From: Massalongia carnosa
Taxonomy: Eukaryota
Assembly (NCBI GenBank): GCA_965645245.1
Contig: OZ287076.1
Coordinates: 930,001 to 994,000, forward strand
Reading direction: 5' to 3'
DNA: 64,000 bases
Positions 12,921 to 26,856 of this stretch are shown piece by piece. Position 1 is the first letter of the stretch, and the number at the start of each line of letters is the position of its first letter. Both the position numbers and the translations under genes were made by a program. Under the pieces are notes generated by a model. It saw nothing but the letters and a program-made list of their open reading frames with translations, ran no database searches and was not told where the DNA came from.

Positions 12921-15908
12921 GGTTTCCGCGTTCTTTGGAAGACTCGACAGCCACGAGGGCGATGTCACAGTCGTGCACGAAAAACCTCCCATTCAACTCC
13001 AACAACCCGCTTGCTACTTCTATTCAAGGGCTACTTCTCCTTAAATTTCGAATGGGGTCTCACACACATTTTTTCATCGTATTGGCGTCTTCCCGGCGTA
13101 GATATTCTCTCTCTCTTCCTAGGTGTGTAGGTCTAATGAAGGGACTGTTGAACAGGGTAAAGGGTATCTATCTACTGGCTCCATGAGAGGTTTCGACATT
13201 CACGTTCTGCAATTGATATTTTTCATCTCGATTTAAGTTCAAGGGAGGTATTTTCCCTTTAGGACGGGGCATAAAGGAATCAACAGATTCGTGCATGTGT
13301 TCCCCCAATTCAATCCAGAACCCTCGGTGCCCCTGTCCCAGTAATACTTCGATCACCAATTTCCCTGGTTTGAAAACAACAAACGTTTTCCCCCTTCCCT
13401 CCAAAGCCTTTCAAGCACCCCGTCTCCACTTCCTCCCCTCCCTTCCCTCACCCCCATGAATAACCCAAAGCCGACCCAGTGAACAAAGTCGATCTGAAGT
13501 GCAATTCATTCACTCAGATGTCTATCTAGCTGATAAGAAGAGATCGATTTAGAAAAGGGGTCCGAAAGTTCTTGTTTCTTTCCTTTCTCCCTCACAGGCT
13601 GTGAGAGGGGGAATGTGGATGGTTTGGTGTTTTGGAAGAGGGGAAAGAGGGGGTGGAATGGGTGGAAGGAAGATGGAACGAACGAATGATTTTGGCTTCC
13701 CCCTCATACTTGGATAACTAGCATAAAGCTCGTGGGGCTTTATGAAGACCGTTTCAGGAAAATGGGGTACCGTTCCGCCCCCAAGGTTTTTTTTATCCTT
13801 GTTCGTTCTAAAAATTTTGTTGATCCTCTTGTTGCTCTTTTTATCTTCAAGAATTACGCCTGTTAAATCCAACCAGAAGGTATTGACGGCCAGCAGCATT
13901 GAGGTGAACTGTCCATGGGGACGTGAGAAAAAGAGTTTAAGTAGGCTAAGACTCTCAATTTTTCTGAAGTGGATTCTGTTACCTTTTTCTTTCTAGCTAG
14001 TGGCCTCTAGTTGCGAGATGATCAGTGTATAGGTTTGTGCAGCGCTAACTCTGGAGGACAGCAAGTTGTTAACTTAGATATGAGCAGACAAGCGTTTAAT
14101 TGAAACAACCCGTCTAGCCAACCACGTCAAGCCCATTGATTTCTTGCTATTTTGCAAAAGTCCCCGCTGTCCCTATCCAAAACCGCAGAACCAGGATGAT
14201 CTATCTATCTACACTATCACAAGACCATGAGCCTGAAAGGAAAAAACCGGCATCGCTTCGAGCAAATAAACCTGTTCAGTCGCGCGGACGATTCCGACGA
14301 CGACGAGGAAAACAGGACCCTCGCGTCAGCCTGACACAGCTGGGCAAGGGGCAGGTACAGGCCGTTCATTATCAGTCTTCCAGTAGCGGTGTCCAAAGGT
14401 GAGGGAGAGGGGGGAATTCAGCTTGTAAATGGACAATGATAAATACGCGTCGTTGTCTGGGTGTTCCGTTTTTTTTGGGGGGGGGGTAATTCAAACGTTG
14501 TTCTCGTTCTCCAACGGAAATCATGCGTTCGAAGATCTTAGGCTTGTTTTCTGTCTGACGGGCTTTATGCTTTTGGGAGAGAGGGGCGAGTATACATTTG
14601 GCACCAGATGTAGGGATGCCGAGTCGTCGGCATCGCCTTTGTTGCTTTTGTTGCGGGGAATGGGGTGTGGTTATGTGGGCCTGCTATATTGGTTATAAGC
14701 TGGGGTGTTTTTTTATTTTTATACTAAGGATAGTTTGAGGCCGCAGACGCAAAAGAAATTCCACTCTGGATTTCCTCAATATAATAAATTTCCAGGATCT
14801 TGTGCGGACCGTTGGATTGAATTATGCTGTGTCGATTACAATGTAAACCAAACCACCTCCGCACTCTTGAGTCTCATTTTCTCTTGTTTTCACTAACGTC
14901 CCAGGCCGACGATCATTTTATTCCTCCATGTCTTCATCCACTGGTTCTCGTCATATCGTTACCCTTAACAAAACAATGCGACAGAAGCGTTATGCTTTCC
15001 ATATCGAGCAATAGGACAAGACTGGTGTTGCAGGATCGTGTGAAGACGCTATTCGATATTTCCCCGCTCGTCGTTTTCTTGCCTCCTCTGCCCGCCACGC
15101 CGCCCGCCATCAACCCCGAAGACCGCAAAGGCGTGTAATCCCCTCCCTCCCCCCGAGGAGCCCAGTACTCTTACGTGTCCAATTGGAGCGGGAACGGAAT
15201 ACAGACGAAGCATGCCGAGCGATGAAGCTGACTGGGTCGCCGGAATCTTTCCTCTCGAAAACGACAACAAAAAAACAACAACGGCGAGCATTGTGCCGAC
15301 GTGAGCACGTCTGATCAAATCGGTGATGCTACAGCCGGTGGGACCGCGAGTAGCGGTGGTGGAAACATTAGCCCTAAAGTTGAAGCTATGGCTGGAGCAG
15401 CGATAGTCAAGAACTGCAATCAGCGACCTTGCGCTTCTTGCGAAAGAGGCATGTTTTGTGATGAAACGTAAAGAGAAGATGAAATGTGTGTATACATATA
15501 TAGTGTCAAAGTGATGAAGTCGGCGAATCAGCCAGCTGCCTATAACCTCAAGCTTTCTTTTACGAATCAGACATTTATGGTTGTTAGAAAGGCGTACCAT
15601 GAGGGGAGAAGAAGAAGAAAGCGCGCCGGTTTGGGCAAAGCTAATCAAAACCCGCCCTCGACTTTCTGACATACCATGAATCAAGGGGTATAATAAGTTT
15701 TTTTTATTTTATCTTGCTCGTCGAAGAATGTGAGTCAGCGTCACTTTTCTTGATGGAAAAGGGGCTAGTAGCATATCAATTTCGTTCTTATCCCTAGCAC
15801 GTCGACGCCCATTCGGATTCTAAAAACCCGGAGGCATCCATATGTACAGTGGGAAGCGAGAGCGTCTGCAACCATGTCTAACGTTGCAGCAGCAGATGGT
15901 AGTCTTAG

Positions 15909-15978
15909 CCCTAACCCTAACTAACCCTAACCGAGTAGAACATATATGACACTCGGGGTTTGTTCGATTTAACCCTAA
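15909..15978 (+). repeat. Short interstitial telomeric-type repeats (CCCTAA)n plus a separate TAACCCTAA
   Basis: CCCTAA CCCTAA CTAA CCCTAA CC at 15909-15932; TAACCCTAA at 15970-15978. Confidence 0.7.
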
Positions 15979-18900
15979 GATGCTCTCGAATCCTGAAAGC
16001 AAGCGCATTCGTCTCTTTTGATGCGGTCCTTCTGGCTCTCAATCTCAAGACGAGAACGCTTACTTCCAGATGTTGCCCTCTCATCGTATTGATCCTCCGG
16101 CCCCAGGTACAGTTATGTTTTCAATCTCGGTTGATATCCTAGACTCGTTCGCCAACTCATCCAGCAACCCAATCGTGGAGGATTCTTCCGGCTCGCCCTT
16201 GAGAATGAGTTTAGTTGTTCCTTGACATTCACCATCCCTTCGGATTGACTTCAGTGCTATGACATGGGCAACTGTACGGGACAAAGATGGTTAAGCTCTG
16301 GGGCTTAGATTCAGCTAGTCTCCTTAAGGATTTGTGTCGAGTGAGGCAGTTGTAGAAGTAGGAGGTTATTCATTTTGTTATATTCATGATTCTATGACTC
16401 TCTACTTCTAAGGTCTAAAATCATCCAAGTCCAGGATGCGTGCCGCTTACCGGAATAGGTCTACTGTTATACGTGACCATAATAATGTCTAGCGCCATAG
16501 TTGTTATCCAACAGCAGTTGTAATGACTGATCCGCGGTGGAGGTATGTTAAATGCTAATAGCATCCTCTTGATCTTCAGTCGCAGTCAACAGCTCATGCC
16601 TCTAATAAGTATCTTGTGTGCCTTGGATTTTCTTTGTCGGTTTTCGAACTGCGGACTAGAACCCGAATAAGAAGCCATCCTCCAGCCATTCTGATGCTGA
16701 TCCGTGTATGGCTGCTTTGTTCTCGGTTGTTAGAATTTTCTGACCAAACGGAGTAAACTTCCGTTTTATGGTTTTTTTTGGTACTACCCGCCTTACCACT
16801 GATTTAAGGCACCCTTAAAAAATCCGTTGTTTTACAGAATAACCATACTTGTTTCTTCAAACTTTGACTTTTGCTAATTCTATGGAGCATCGGATTTTCT
16901 TGTGGTAGTAATCGCAGGTACCGTCGAACCATCCTTTTAGATAGTGCGGACGCATGGCCCTCTGTAGCTTAGGGAGTTAATGGGCAAGAATAGAGAAAGA
17001 TCATCAGAGAAACATGCACGAAAACTGGAATATTTGGCTGCTCCGTTGAACAAACGAAGCTCGTTTGATAGATTCTCAATCCACAAGGAGCCTCAAAAGC
17101 CCAAGTTTCAAGGGCTCGATAAAATGTTGAGCATCTCGGCCAGAGGGTCAACTCGATACTCGGGGGGTGGGTGAGAATTATCATTGATACCCCCACCGAG
17201 CTTGATATGACTCGAAACATTCTCTATTGCAAACGTTGCTGGGCTTGATGTGATACTGAATTTATGACAGGTGCATCACTGGTGTCGTACTCGCGAAACC
17301 AAAAACATCTTTCAACTTTTGATATTTGATATCTTGGCTGGCTAGTGGAAAGCTCATTTTCAAAGAACTCGTCAGTACTGGGCTATCCAAAACTCCCCCA
17401 AAGTTTTGCTAATTCTAGTTTCTGCTCTACGAGACTGCAATAGCCTCTACATTAAATATGCGGCCTTTGGGACTGGAAGTCATTTCTAACCCTGAGCATT
17501 AGACAAATTAGCAGAACATGGCCGGGTACGAGACCCATTACCGCTGCTTCCCTGCTTGGGAACGGACCCTGAGCCGAAGAGACTGCTTCGGAATCTTCGG
17601 AGTCTCATGCCCAAGACTCGGTGATAACGAAATGATACGGCGTCTCGTTGTTAGCGAAACCCATCCCCGTGGCTTTTATCCGCAGCACTCCCGCGATCTG
17701 TCCAAAAAAAAAGAAAGGATATACCTATCTTTATAAAACATCGTTTTGTAATATAGATCCTGAAAGAGATAAAAAAGATAAAAGGAAGAAACTGGAATCG
17801 AAAAATCAATCGAGAGTAAGAATGTAATTTATAAGGCACATCCGCCAGGTGCAAACGCTAGAGGAGGAAACTCTGCTTCCTTCCAGATCCCCCGAGGTTC
17901 AGATTTAATCTAAACCCCGTTTGGCTTTGCCGGGTTTCCCTCTAGAGATCGCAAGCGCCTTGCCCCATCTCTACCACGAATGGTCAGCAAGCACCCGCGT
18001 CAAAGCTAACCATCCGCAGTTTCGTTTGGAGGATCTTCGTGTTTCGATTGATGATGTGATCCTCTTAACATAGTCATGCAGCCATGATAGTATAAATTAT
18101 ATACGACTGTGTAGGGAGTGGTTCGGAATTGCGAGCTTCTGTTGATTTAAATATCTTCATGTATTTCCTAGTGTTAACGAGGGTACTTTCTAGATATTTT
18201 CGCATTTAGGTCGGCGATCCTAATCTTTCGTCTTTTTTGGCTCTGAGGCAAGCCATTTTGGACGTCTTACCACGATTCGTTCTCGTCAGGCTTTCCTGGT
18301 AGGGATAACAATGGTAAAGCGCATAATGTCCTTCGTTTTGTCGGTCAGCGAAAGAGTCTTACAGGTCCAGCCGGACGGCTATAGCCTCTTTAACCCTCAG
18401 AATAATCCCAGTCCCTTCTTGTTATCATATCCACCACGGATCAAGGGGGTGGGGGTTTGGGGGTTCCACTACCTCCTTTACATAGCCAAACTTCTCCTTT
18501 CACAGAGCTCTTCTTGGTACAAGCTGATACACATCCTTTACCGTCTTATTATAATGTTCATGCGCCACTTTAAGTGGACCGGCTTCATGCAAAGTAGGTA
18601 CAAGTAGGTACTGTTAATATATATTCCATGAGCATTTATAGAAGATAACACGAACGATGACCATCAAAACGAGTATAGACATTAAAAAGTATCAGGCAAT
18701 GGCACCCATGTAATGGATATCTGATTTCAGCTCTTTGCTCTTTTGCTAGCTTTTTTCCCTCTTTTTCTTGAACTTTTAAGGACTTTTCATGAGCCGTTGA
18801 TTCTGATGCGTATCGATTTTAATTAACGGGCGGTTTTGACCAAAGAAATTCTGGGGATGAAGAGGTTGGATGCGATGATATTGGGACATTTCCTGTAAAC

Positions 18901-21900
18901 CTCGTTACTTCAAGTATCTTATCCAGTGTATCCGTAATACGCCAGAAGCTCCTAGAACGGGACGAGTAAGATCCGTTTCTCCAACATGGCGAAGAAAAAA
19001 CTCACGTCTCGGCTCTGGACCGGCACGGTATACCCTGGTGGAATTGCGAAAGTTTTACCCAAGCACTTGGTGGACAGGCAAAGCTAGAAGTATCATGATT
19101 TTCCCGGTTCCTTTTTTCCTTAAAAGTCCCATAATATTCAATGCATATATGGCAAGCGTGCTTCGTTCAAGAAACCAGGACCAACCTCCACTCCAGGCAG
19201 ATAAGGAGACAGACATCCCCGAACCCCAAAATGACACTTCTGCGGCGAATACTGGATCAAGGTTAACTTCTCCGTAGAGCAGACGGCAAAACAACGCTTG
19301 CGTGTCGTTACTTTCGTCTAATCTAGACTGAACTAAGGAAAAAATCTGGTGGATGAAAGCCCACAGCGGGACTCACCAATTCTGATGGCGGGCGAAGAAG
19401 AGCGAACAGAGCTGTTGACCCACGAGGGCGAGAAAAAGTTACGTGCTCTGCAGCTATGGCTATTGCTATATAGGATTCGGCTAGCCGTTGTTGCCCCGGT
19501 GTACCTATATTGTTTAATTTTCAAGCATCGGTAGCCGGATGCCCAATTCAATCCAAAACATTTCTAAACGCGTGTACCAAGTATGTTTGAGATCGACTGC
19601 GGTATTGAGGGAGAAAGCTTCATGTATACTTTATATAACGCTCAAATGATTGCTACCACAGGATTTTTTATATATCTTGTCAAATCACCTGCGGAATTCA
19701 GGGGAGAACCGGCGACATCCTCGGCCATGACAACTACCAGGCGCCGGGTATGGAGGTAAAATCGCCGAAGAGACTGGTACCTACGGTCAAAAAGGAACAA
19801 ACTAGCTGTCGCGGTGAGTGAGTTGGCGATGTTATGTGCAGTGCTGGTTAGACCTCGCGGTAGACTACAAGAACATCCATGAATGTTATACGCTTCCCAC
19901 AACGATTCGTGGTTTGTGCACAAGAGTGAGATAGCATGCTCACATCACTTTCAGTGATTGAAGATTTTCAAATAATGCGGAATCATCAGGGCTGTCGGTA
20001 TTCTCGTCAGTAATAATTGAATTCTAAGGGTATAAATTTTGCAGGTCGCCAAATCCTTTTGCTCTCCTCAATCCACCAAACAGTTTACCGTTATGATTGC
20101 CAACTCGTCTAGGTTGGCCATATACCCCTCGAGTGGCGTTGGCTGTGTGTTTTACACAGCACGCGTACGAACCTACCTCCGAGCTAGGAGGGACTCTATG
20201 GGAACATAAGTAGACGTTATGAGTGAATATGCTCTCAGTCATCTACCAACACCATGGTCTGATGCATTGCGGTCTTTATAAAGGCGAAGAAGCTAAGCCA
20301 ACTATCAGTACACTTTGGAAATTGTTAGCTCGGGCGAGTCAGGACGGAAGAGAGCAGCTTGTAATCGCTGGTAATAAGAGAGGTATCGGCTGCACTTGTT
20401 GTTAACTAAAACGGTGATTCTAGGAAGTGAAAGGCTTCCTTACTAGCCCTTCCCGGTTCCCTCAAGAGCGCTTGTATTGGCCTCGGTTTTTAACGTGAGT
20501 CTTTCAACCCATGGCCGATCTAGCAATCCATATCGGCAAGTATTCGTTCATCGTCGCGGCGTTTAAATAGCCAGTTATTATACTACTGCATAGTATTCCT
20601 TGCCCTATTTAATTTATCTTTCCTCAGTCACCATATGATAAAAACCATTCGCATAATATTCTAATCTTTCGGTTGCTCTAATCTTGATTCCTGGGATCCT
20701 TCGCATGTTGAATTTGAAAGTAGGACTCCGTAAAGGGGGAAGAGCGTACGACCCGGCTTGGAACGGAAACCTTATAGATTTCGAATCAACGTTAAAAGTC
20801 CGATAGAACTATAATGATGAAATTAAGGATCTTAGTATTCCCTTTTGCCCCTCATGAAAAGCAGGCCCCTATTTTTCAGAAAGCCTGGCAGCTGGAAATA
20901 TGACAGTCACTGTCAAACAAACCAGCTTTTTCTGGAAAAATAGCTCATATGTTCAGAACTATCAAACAAGAGATATGTATTATTCATTAAATATAGGGGG
21001 AGTTTTTGCTCCCGTTTGTGGTTCATCTGGAACCCTACCTCGCTCCCGAATCAGACTGACACGAATACCCCCATTCGCACGGTCATAGTTCATGAGTGGA
21101 TCCATGAATACATACGCACTATGCTATTTTCGCAGTCCAGATAGCCGATAAAAAGGATTCATGGAGTAAGAAAGGGTAAAGATTGCGGCTGTATTAACTG
21201 TCTTCTCTCTTCATGTAAACGTAATTGCTCGCTCACTGACTCCCTCGCTCGAACCTAGCCAGATAATTTCGATCTTTGTAAGACTCAACAGACGTATATG
21301 TTAATATATGGAAGATTAAAGAGATTTATGGTCCTGTCTGGATGAGAGAACCATAGTTGTTGGGCTGTTGTAATCCCTTGTATAACTAAGAGCCGGCAAG
21401 ATGAGCAACCTATAGCCTGGATATGAATTTCAACCTCTGCTTTCTCCCTCAACCGATTTATAATATTATACTTCTTGTTTGGTTTCCTGCTTTTCAGTGA
21501 ATTCAAAAACACGGTTCATATATCTAGATATCTTACTGGAGTCTTACATCTCCGAAAAAAGGCTCCCCAAAGACCACGCTGAGGCTGTAAGTAGCCGTCC
21601 TAAGGGAGTCTTTCTTGATATAAGCGGTATAGTCTTATTTCCGCTAGTAACCGCTCCACGGTGTGATGAAAACAGTGTATGCACAGTTGCTGTCGGATAT
21701 CCGATCATATATTTAAGGAATGCCATGAAGGGCCATTTTTTTATCTCAATGTGAAGGTAAAGAGAAAGTTAATGTAGATGAGATAAGTCGAATCACAGCT
21801 TATAAGAAAACTCTAAATGAAAAACAGAATTAAGTCTTGCGAGTATTTAGACACAGCATCCTGCTACCCACCTGTGCCGATCTCTTACCCGACCCTCATA

Positions 21901-22763
21901 GCTATTCTCTCAGATCTCAAATCCCCCCGTTTCGGATGTCGTAAAGTAAGTACCGACTTCTCCCAAAGTTCACTCCATCCAATGAGGAGTATGTATGTAC
22001 TCCTCGTATTTATCTCTATTGGTTGTCTCCTAAAGAGTATTTCGAATTTTAAGATAATCGCAAGGAAACGAGGTGAAGGAGCATGAGGTCAACATCGAGC
22101 AACTAAACTAGTCCCCAGGTTCCTTACGCCAAACTACCATCTTGAGGGTTTAAATATATCTCCTGTAGTCTTCCTCAGTTCCTAAATTAGTGTGCGTCGT
22201 ATTTTAGAGTTAAATAAAATCGATCAATGATGGGTCGATAGAAAACGAACCACTGACGGAGCTGGAAGGAATTGTTTGAAACTCAATTTCCTGGCGCTTT
22301 CTTTAGCTGAAGGATGATGATGTTGGTCAATGATGTTAGTGTCGGGTTACCAAGAGACTTTATATAGTATGGGATATGATGCCAGGCAAAAAGAGAGTGG
22401 GCTAATAGGCTGCGGAATTGGTAGCAAAACATTCTATAGAAAATAATATTAAAGTTAATCTAAAAATGCCAGAAAAGACTGGAGACAGTGAAAACTTAAG
22501 GCATGATGGTATGCTGTGAAGGGTTGTGAATAGATAGAAAAACGAGTAGCTCGCAGAGCGGCGTCACTGGCAGGGCTTTTGGGTACTTTGATGGTTCCTC
22601 TCCGGGAGAATGTACCGAATAGTTACTACAAACAAGCAAATCGACGAGAGACACCTGGGAACGTCAAAGAGAAAAATAACACCAATGCGGGTGAACAGCA
22701 GTCGAAACCCCCCATATGATAGTTCTGTTGATAGTATTATCAACGAAACTCGCTCCATCCTAC

Positions 22764-23846
22764 CTATGAAATCTTCGCGATTCGTTTCTTTGCTACATCA
22801 ACCTTCCCCTGTACTCTTGTCACGTCTTCATCTAGCAAACCTAGCATCTCGTTTTGCACCTGCAACTCCTCCTGAATAGCGACTCCTAGCTCTTTTTGCC
22901 TCGCCACTGCCTGTGCCAATACCATCACATCCTCGTCCTGCTCTTCCATCAGTTGTTTCTGCAGCTGCAGCACCCCTTGATTTCCCAACGCTCGAGTTCG
23001 ATCGGTTTCCCGCCCCAGCACCCTTCCTGAAACTTTACCATTCCCCGACGCCGAACCTACTAGCTGTTGCTTCTCTTGGGCCGTCGCAATTGTCTTATCT
23101 ACGTAATTCTTCGTAATCATAGCGCTGAGAAGGCTCTCCAGTCCTTCTTTCTCGCGCTTTGCGCTGCCCAGTAAGTCCTTTCGCCGGCGCAACTCGCCCT
23201 CACCAAGCTTCATGCTGCCCCTTGACTCTCCGCTAAGAGTTTTCAATCCTTGTTCTAGCGCCGCAACAGTGGTCCCAGCTCTAACAAGGCCCTTCTTGGC
23301 CTGCGCCCCGCTCTCGTGCTGCGCTTGCGCTGCTACTGCCTGATCTCGCTTTGTAAGGTGTAACCGTACGTCATGGAGTTGAGATTTCAGCTCTCGATAT
23401 TGATCTAGCCAAACCACAGGATCAGTGATTAGCGCCCCACTCCCCGACCCAGCGATTGCATTATGCAGTCCCGAGGCTAGGCTTGATTTCGAAGTCGAGT
23501 TACTGGGGAGGTTGAGAAATGACCTCCAGGCAGTCGTATTCCGCCAGCGGTCGTTTTCCGCTTGATTTATAGCTCGGAGATAGGCTTCGAGGGCTTTCCG
23601 CCTCTCTTCTGTCAGTTCAGGACTTGAAGTGGTCCTTGTAAACCAGGATTTTTGAGGTAATGTAGCTGGCGGTGGAGTGCCAGCTTGGGCTGTGAGGGCA
23701 GAATGTAGGATTGTAAAATCGGTATAACGTTTTTCAACTGTGAAAGATCGAAGTGGAAGACGAAGAGTTATATTGTAGAGAGTGTATGGTTTGTGGGCGT
23801 TGGAAATCGAGGTATTGGGAATAGAGATCTCAAGACTGGAGGTCAT
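22764..23846 (-). CDS. VAM7: Vacuolar Qc-SNARE Vam7 (PX domain + C-terminal SNARE motif), single exon
   Basis: PX motif YTLYNITLRLPLRSFTVEKRYTDFTILH..EERRKALEAYL; SNARE motif LQLQKQLMEEQDE..RQKELGVAIQEEL; no TM anchor, as expected for Vam7. Confidence 0.95.
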   Translation of the reverse strand: MTSSLEISIPNTSISNAHKPYTLYNITLRLPLRSFTVEKRYTDFTILHSALTAQAGTPPPATLPQKSWFTRTTSSPELTEERRKALEAYLRAINQAENDRWRNTTAWRSFLNLPSNSTSKSSLASGLHNAIAGSGSGALITDPVVWLDQYRELKSQLHDVRLHLTKRDQAVAAQAQHESGAQAKKGLVRAGTTVAALEQGLKTLSGESRGSMKLGEGELRRRKDLLGSAKREKEGLESLLSAMITKNYVDKTIATAQEKQQLVGSASGNGKVSGRVLGRETDRTRALGNQGVLQLQKQLMEEQDEDVMVLAQAVARQKELGVAIQEELQVQNEMLGLLDEDVTRVQGKVDVAKKRIAKIS

Positions 23847-24844
23847 CTAGACGACGTTTCTAACGTTGCAGAAGGTCAGATATATCAGCTGTAATATTCA
23901 TACCATCAGATTATCTTGCAAGTTGAATCAAAGCTGGAGGCCTGCTAGTGGAATGACATAATGAGAAAAGTAGTCTAGAGGTCTTCTGGACAGGACAAGC
24001 AATCCAAGGTGATTTAAAGTCACGTGCAAGGTATCTAACCAATAGATATCAATCTTACTCGTTCCCCTGCCTCCTTTTTCTGGCAAAAATTTCTCAAACA
24101 TCTTACTAGATTTCCAATTACCATGGTCTTGAAAGCTTGGTTCTCCATGCTCTCGGCTCAATACTCATAGCCTTCTCGATTTGCACCAAGCTTAAAGAGA
24201 AACTCATCCGCGCCAACCGTAATTGTGAAAGTATCTACGGAGGACTAACTCCACTCGGCGCAGTAGTTAACCGAGCGAATCTGGACTCGCAGGTAGAAGC
24301 TCGGTCACGTTGACCTTGCGTGTGCTGCTTCGCAAACCCGCCGGATACAAACCGCTGATCAGCCAGGTTCCTTCCCCGTCTTCATTCATCAATTCAGCCT
24401 TCGGCATCTACTGAATATTTGCATCGTTGAAGCTTGAATGCCAGTACTCTGTATGCCTTACTACGTGCCAGCTTTTGCAGGTCAGCTCGATTTAGGGTGC
24501 AACAAAGTTGCCTTGCTGTAAATGAGAATATTTGGGTTGCGGGTGAAACAAAACATCAAATAACATAGACGGAAGGAAGCGAGATAAGCTACGGAGAACA
24601 CTGGCACAACTCTAGCCTAATCTAGGGATTAAATCCGCGGAATCAATGCCTCATCTTCATCGAAAATTCTCACCACCGGAACATGCATTTCATCTTCAAG
24701 TTATAACGAAGATTCATTATAGACTTGAAAGCATACAGCCTACAATACGGCACGGTGAGAAGCTTCATCTATGTGGCTGCGTCTTAACTGATCGAAGGTT
24801 GTTTTCAAACTAAAGGACTGCTATGGAGATGAGCTTGTATGATA

Positions 24845-24873
24845 TGTCATTTCGGTGCAGCACCGAAATGACA
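24845..24873. repeat. Perfect inverted repeat (14-bp arms, 1-nt spacer)
   Basis: TGTCATTTCGGTGC A GCACCGAAATGACA. Confidence 0.9.
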
Positions 24874-25754
24874 CTGCAATTTGTAAGGGCTATATTAATC
24901 AATCATGGTCTGCCAGTTGCGACCCCATCTTGTGCGAATCCTTGAAGAATCAGCTATGAATTGTTTGGTACTCCGTAAATCATGCTGTCTCGGCCCCCAG
25001 ATCATAAGAATCTATTCTGATGAATGACGAGTTCCGTCTGTCACCTGGCTGGTAACTAATCTTGAAACTAATGGTATACCTATTCTCAAGCTAACCAGGG
25101 TGGTGCACCCTTAGCGTTATATACAGAGGTATACACTGGTGATCCTATGCGCTACGTATATAGCAAGAGCTTCTCGCAATCAGCAGGGGCGAGGATGCTG
25201 ATGATGCACCGATTGTTCCTTTTCTGCTCTGTAATGGAGGATTGATGAGGCGGAGCTTTGTACCCTGTCCTACCGACGCGTGTCCGCCATTGCAACCTGT
25301 ACGGAGACCTGCGCATAGCTCTGCAGCTCGGCTTGAGTGATGTCTATGATAGTATCACATAAGAAATTTCCGGAAGTTCTCAGTCAAGGCGTATGCTTGG
25401 TTTTTAACGCGTTCCAACTGGGGTTCTCTTAGTGCCGTATGATGCATGAAAGTAACATTGACTAATGAAGCATACGGAGTATTCGCTATCTAAATCGCCA
25501 TTTCTCAGGCTATCTTTGGGCGCTTTCGTTGTAACTTCTCGCTGAAGGGCTATGGAAAATGCTCCGTGAATCTTGAAGCGATGACTAAGAAAGGAACGAG
25601 AGCCGGGGATCAGAAAGAGATGGGAAACGATGCAATTTGATCAGGCACGCAATAAAATCTTATTTATCCATTGAATAGGCACCTCAATGCGCTCGCGACC
25701 GTAGTTCATGAATCTAAGAACATAACCCATTTCCCGCGTCAGAAATTCGCTTGC

Positions 25755-26856
25755 TCAGAAAGTTTCCTGGTCATCTTGACCTGATGCGCCCTCAACTTCA
25801 GCTGGTATTTCAAATCCCTCCTATAAAAAGGTTCCGATTAGCCCAGACATAGCCTAGCTTGTCTCGCGACAACAGCCTGAAGACTTACCTCAGTCGAATA
25901 CAAAATGGCCTGAATATGTTTGATTAGGCTATCCTCCTCCTTCTCGATCTCTGGGTCTGCCTCCACTGCCTGCTGGAGCAAAAGTTCAATATCTCTGAGC
26001 TTGCTAAAATAAAAGTCTCGCTCCCGCTCAAGCCCTGTAACAGTCTCTTTGAGTGTCGAGTTCTCTTGTACCACAGCTGCAGACGCTACTCCTCCACCGC
26101 CTACCGACCATTTCCCACGTGCCCCTGGGGCTGTTGTCGGAGTAACCCCTCGCCGGGCAGCACCTGGACCAGTAGCACCCGTTCGAGATGTAGGGGTGGG
26201 CGCTGGCGCTGCAGCCGGCGCTGCAGGTGCGCGGGGGCGGCGCGCAAGTGCGTCGTAGTCTCCGCCGGGGAAGTACTGATCCCAATATCGCTTTGACCAT
26301 TGAAGAAATTCTAGATTATCCTGCATTTTGCACTTGATGAGTGATTGAACGGGAACAGGACGCTCGACTCCATGTCTTGAAAAGCAGCCTGCACAGGGGT
26401 TAGCAAACGGTAGCCATAAGAAGCGGAGTTACCAACTAAACTCACTTTGGAGAATTTTAAAGTTTTGGAGATATTCGTATTCGGTGTTGGCATTGAACTT
26501 AACCTTGCTCATTGGCAGGTCCTCTGACATCTGTTAAAAGGAAATCTGGTGTAGATCGTCGAAAGGGCGATGGAGGCGACATACGGAAAATACTGTCATA
26601 AATCTGACATAGCGGAGCTCTAGATATCGAGATAACATCAGCGTCTGTTGGTAACCTTTCGATACCTTTATAGTCTGGGCGCAAAGATCAGGAACCCCGT
26701 ACCCTGTCCCACATTGTTCAACCTTCGTGATATTTTGTTGAAGCAAGCTATTGAGCCATGCTAGTAGCTCCTGCCTGTGAGATAGTTGTTAGGGACGCAG
26801 ATATTGAAGACCAAATAGATAATGTTGACCAGAAACTCATACCGTGATTCGCCCAT
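25755..26856 (-). CDS. BIM1: EB1-family microtubule plus-end-binding protein (Bim1/Mal3), 6 exons
   Basis: MGESR|QELLAWLNSLLQ..ITKVEQCGTG, CQIYDSIF, CKMQDNLEFLQW, EBH motif LERERDFYFSKLRDIE, acidic tail ending QETF*. Five GT-AG introns. Confidence 0.96.

Noticed and set aside
15049..15684. 211-aa minus-strand ORF
   Set aside because: Non-ATG start, no domain-like pattern and no splice support.
17545..17622. Cluster of alternative short hairpins (CCGAAG/CTTCGG, GAGACT/AGTCTC)
   Set aside because: 6-bp stems arise by chance; no ribozyme, riboswitch or snRNA consensus recognised.
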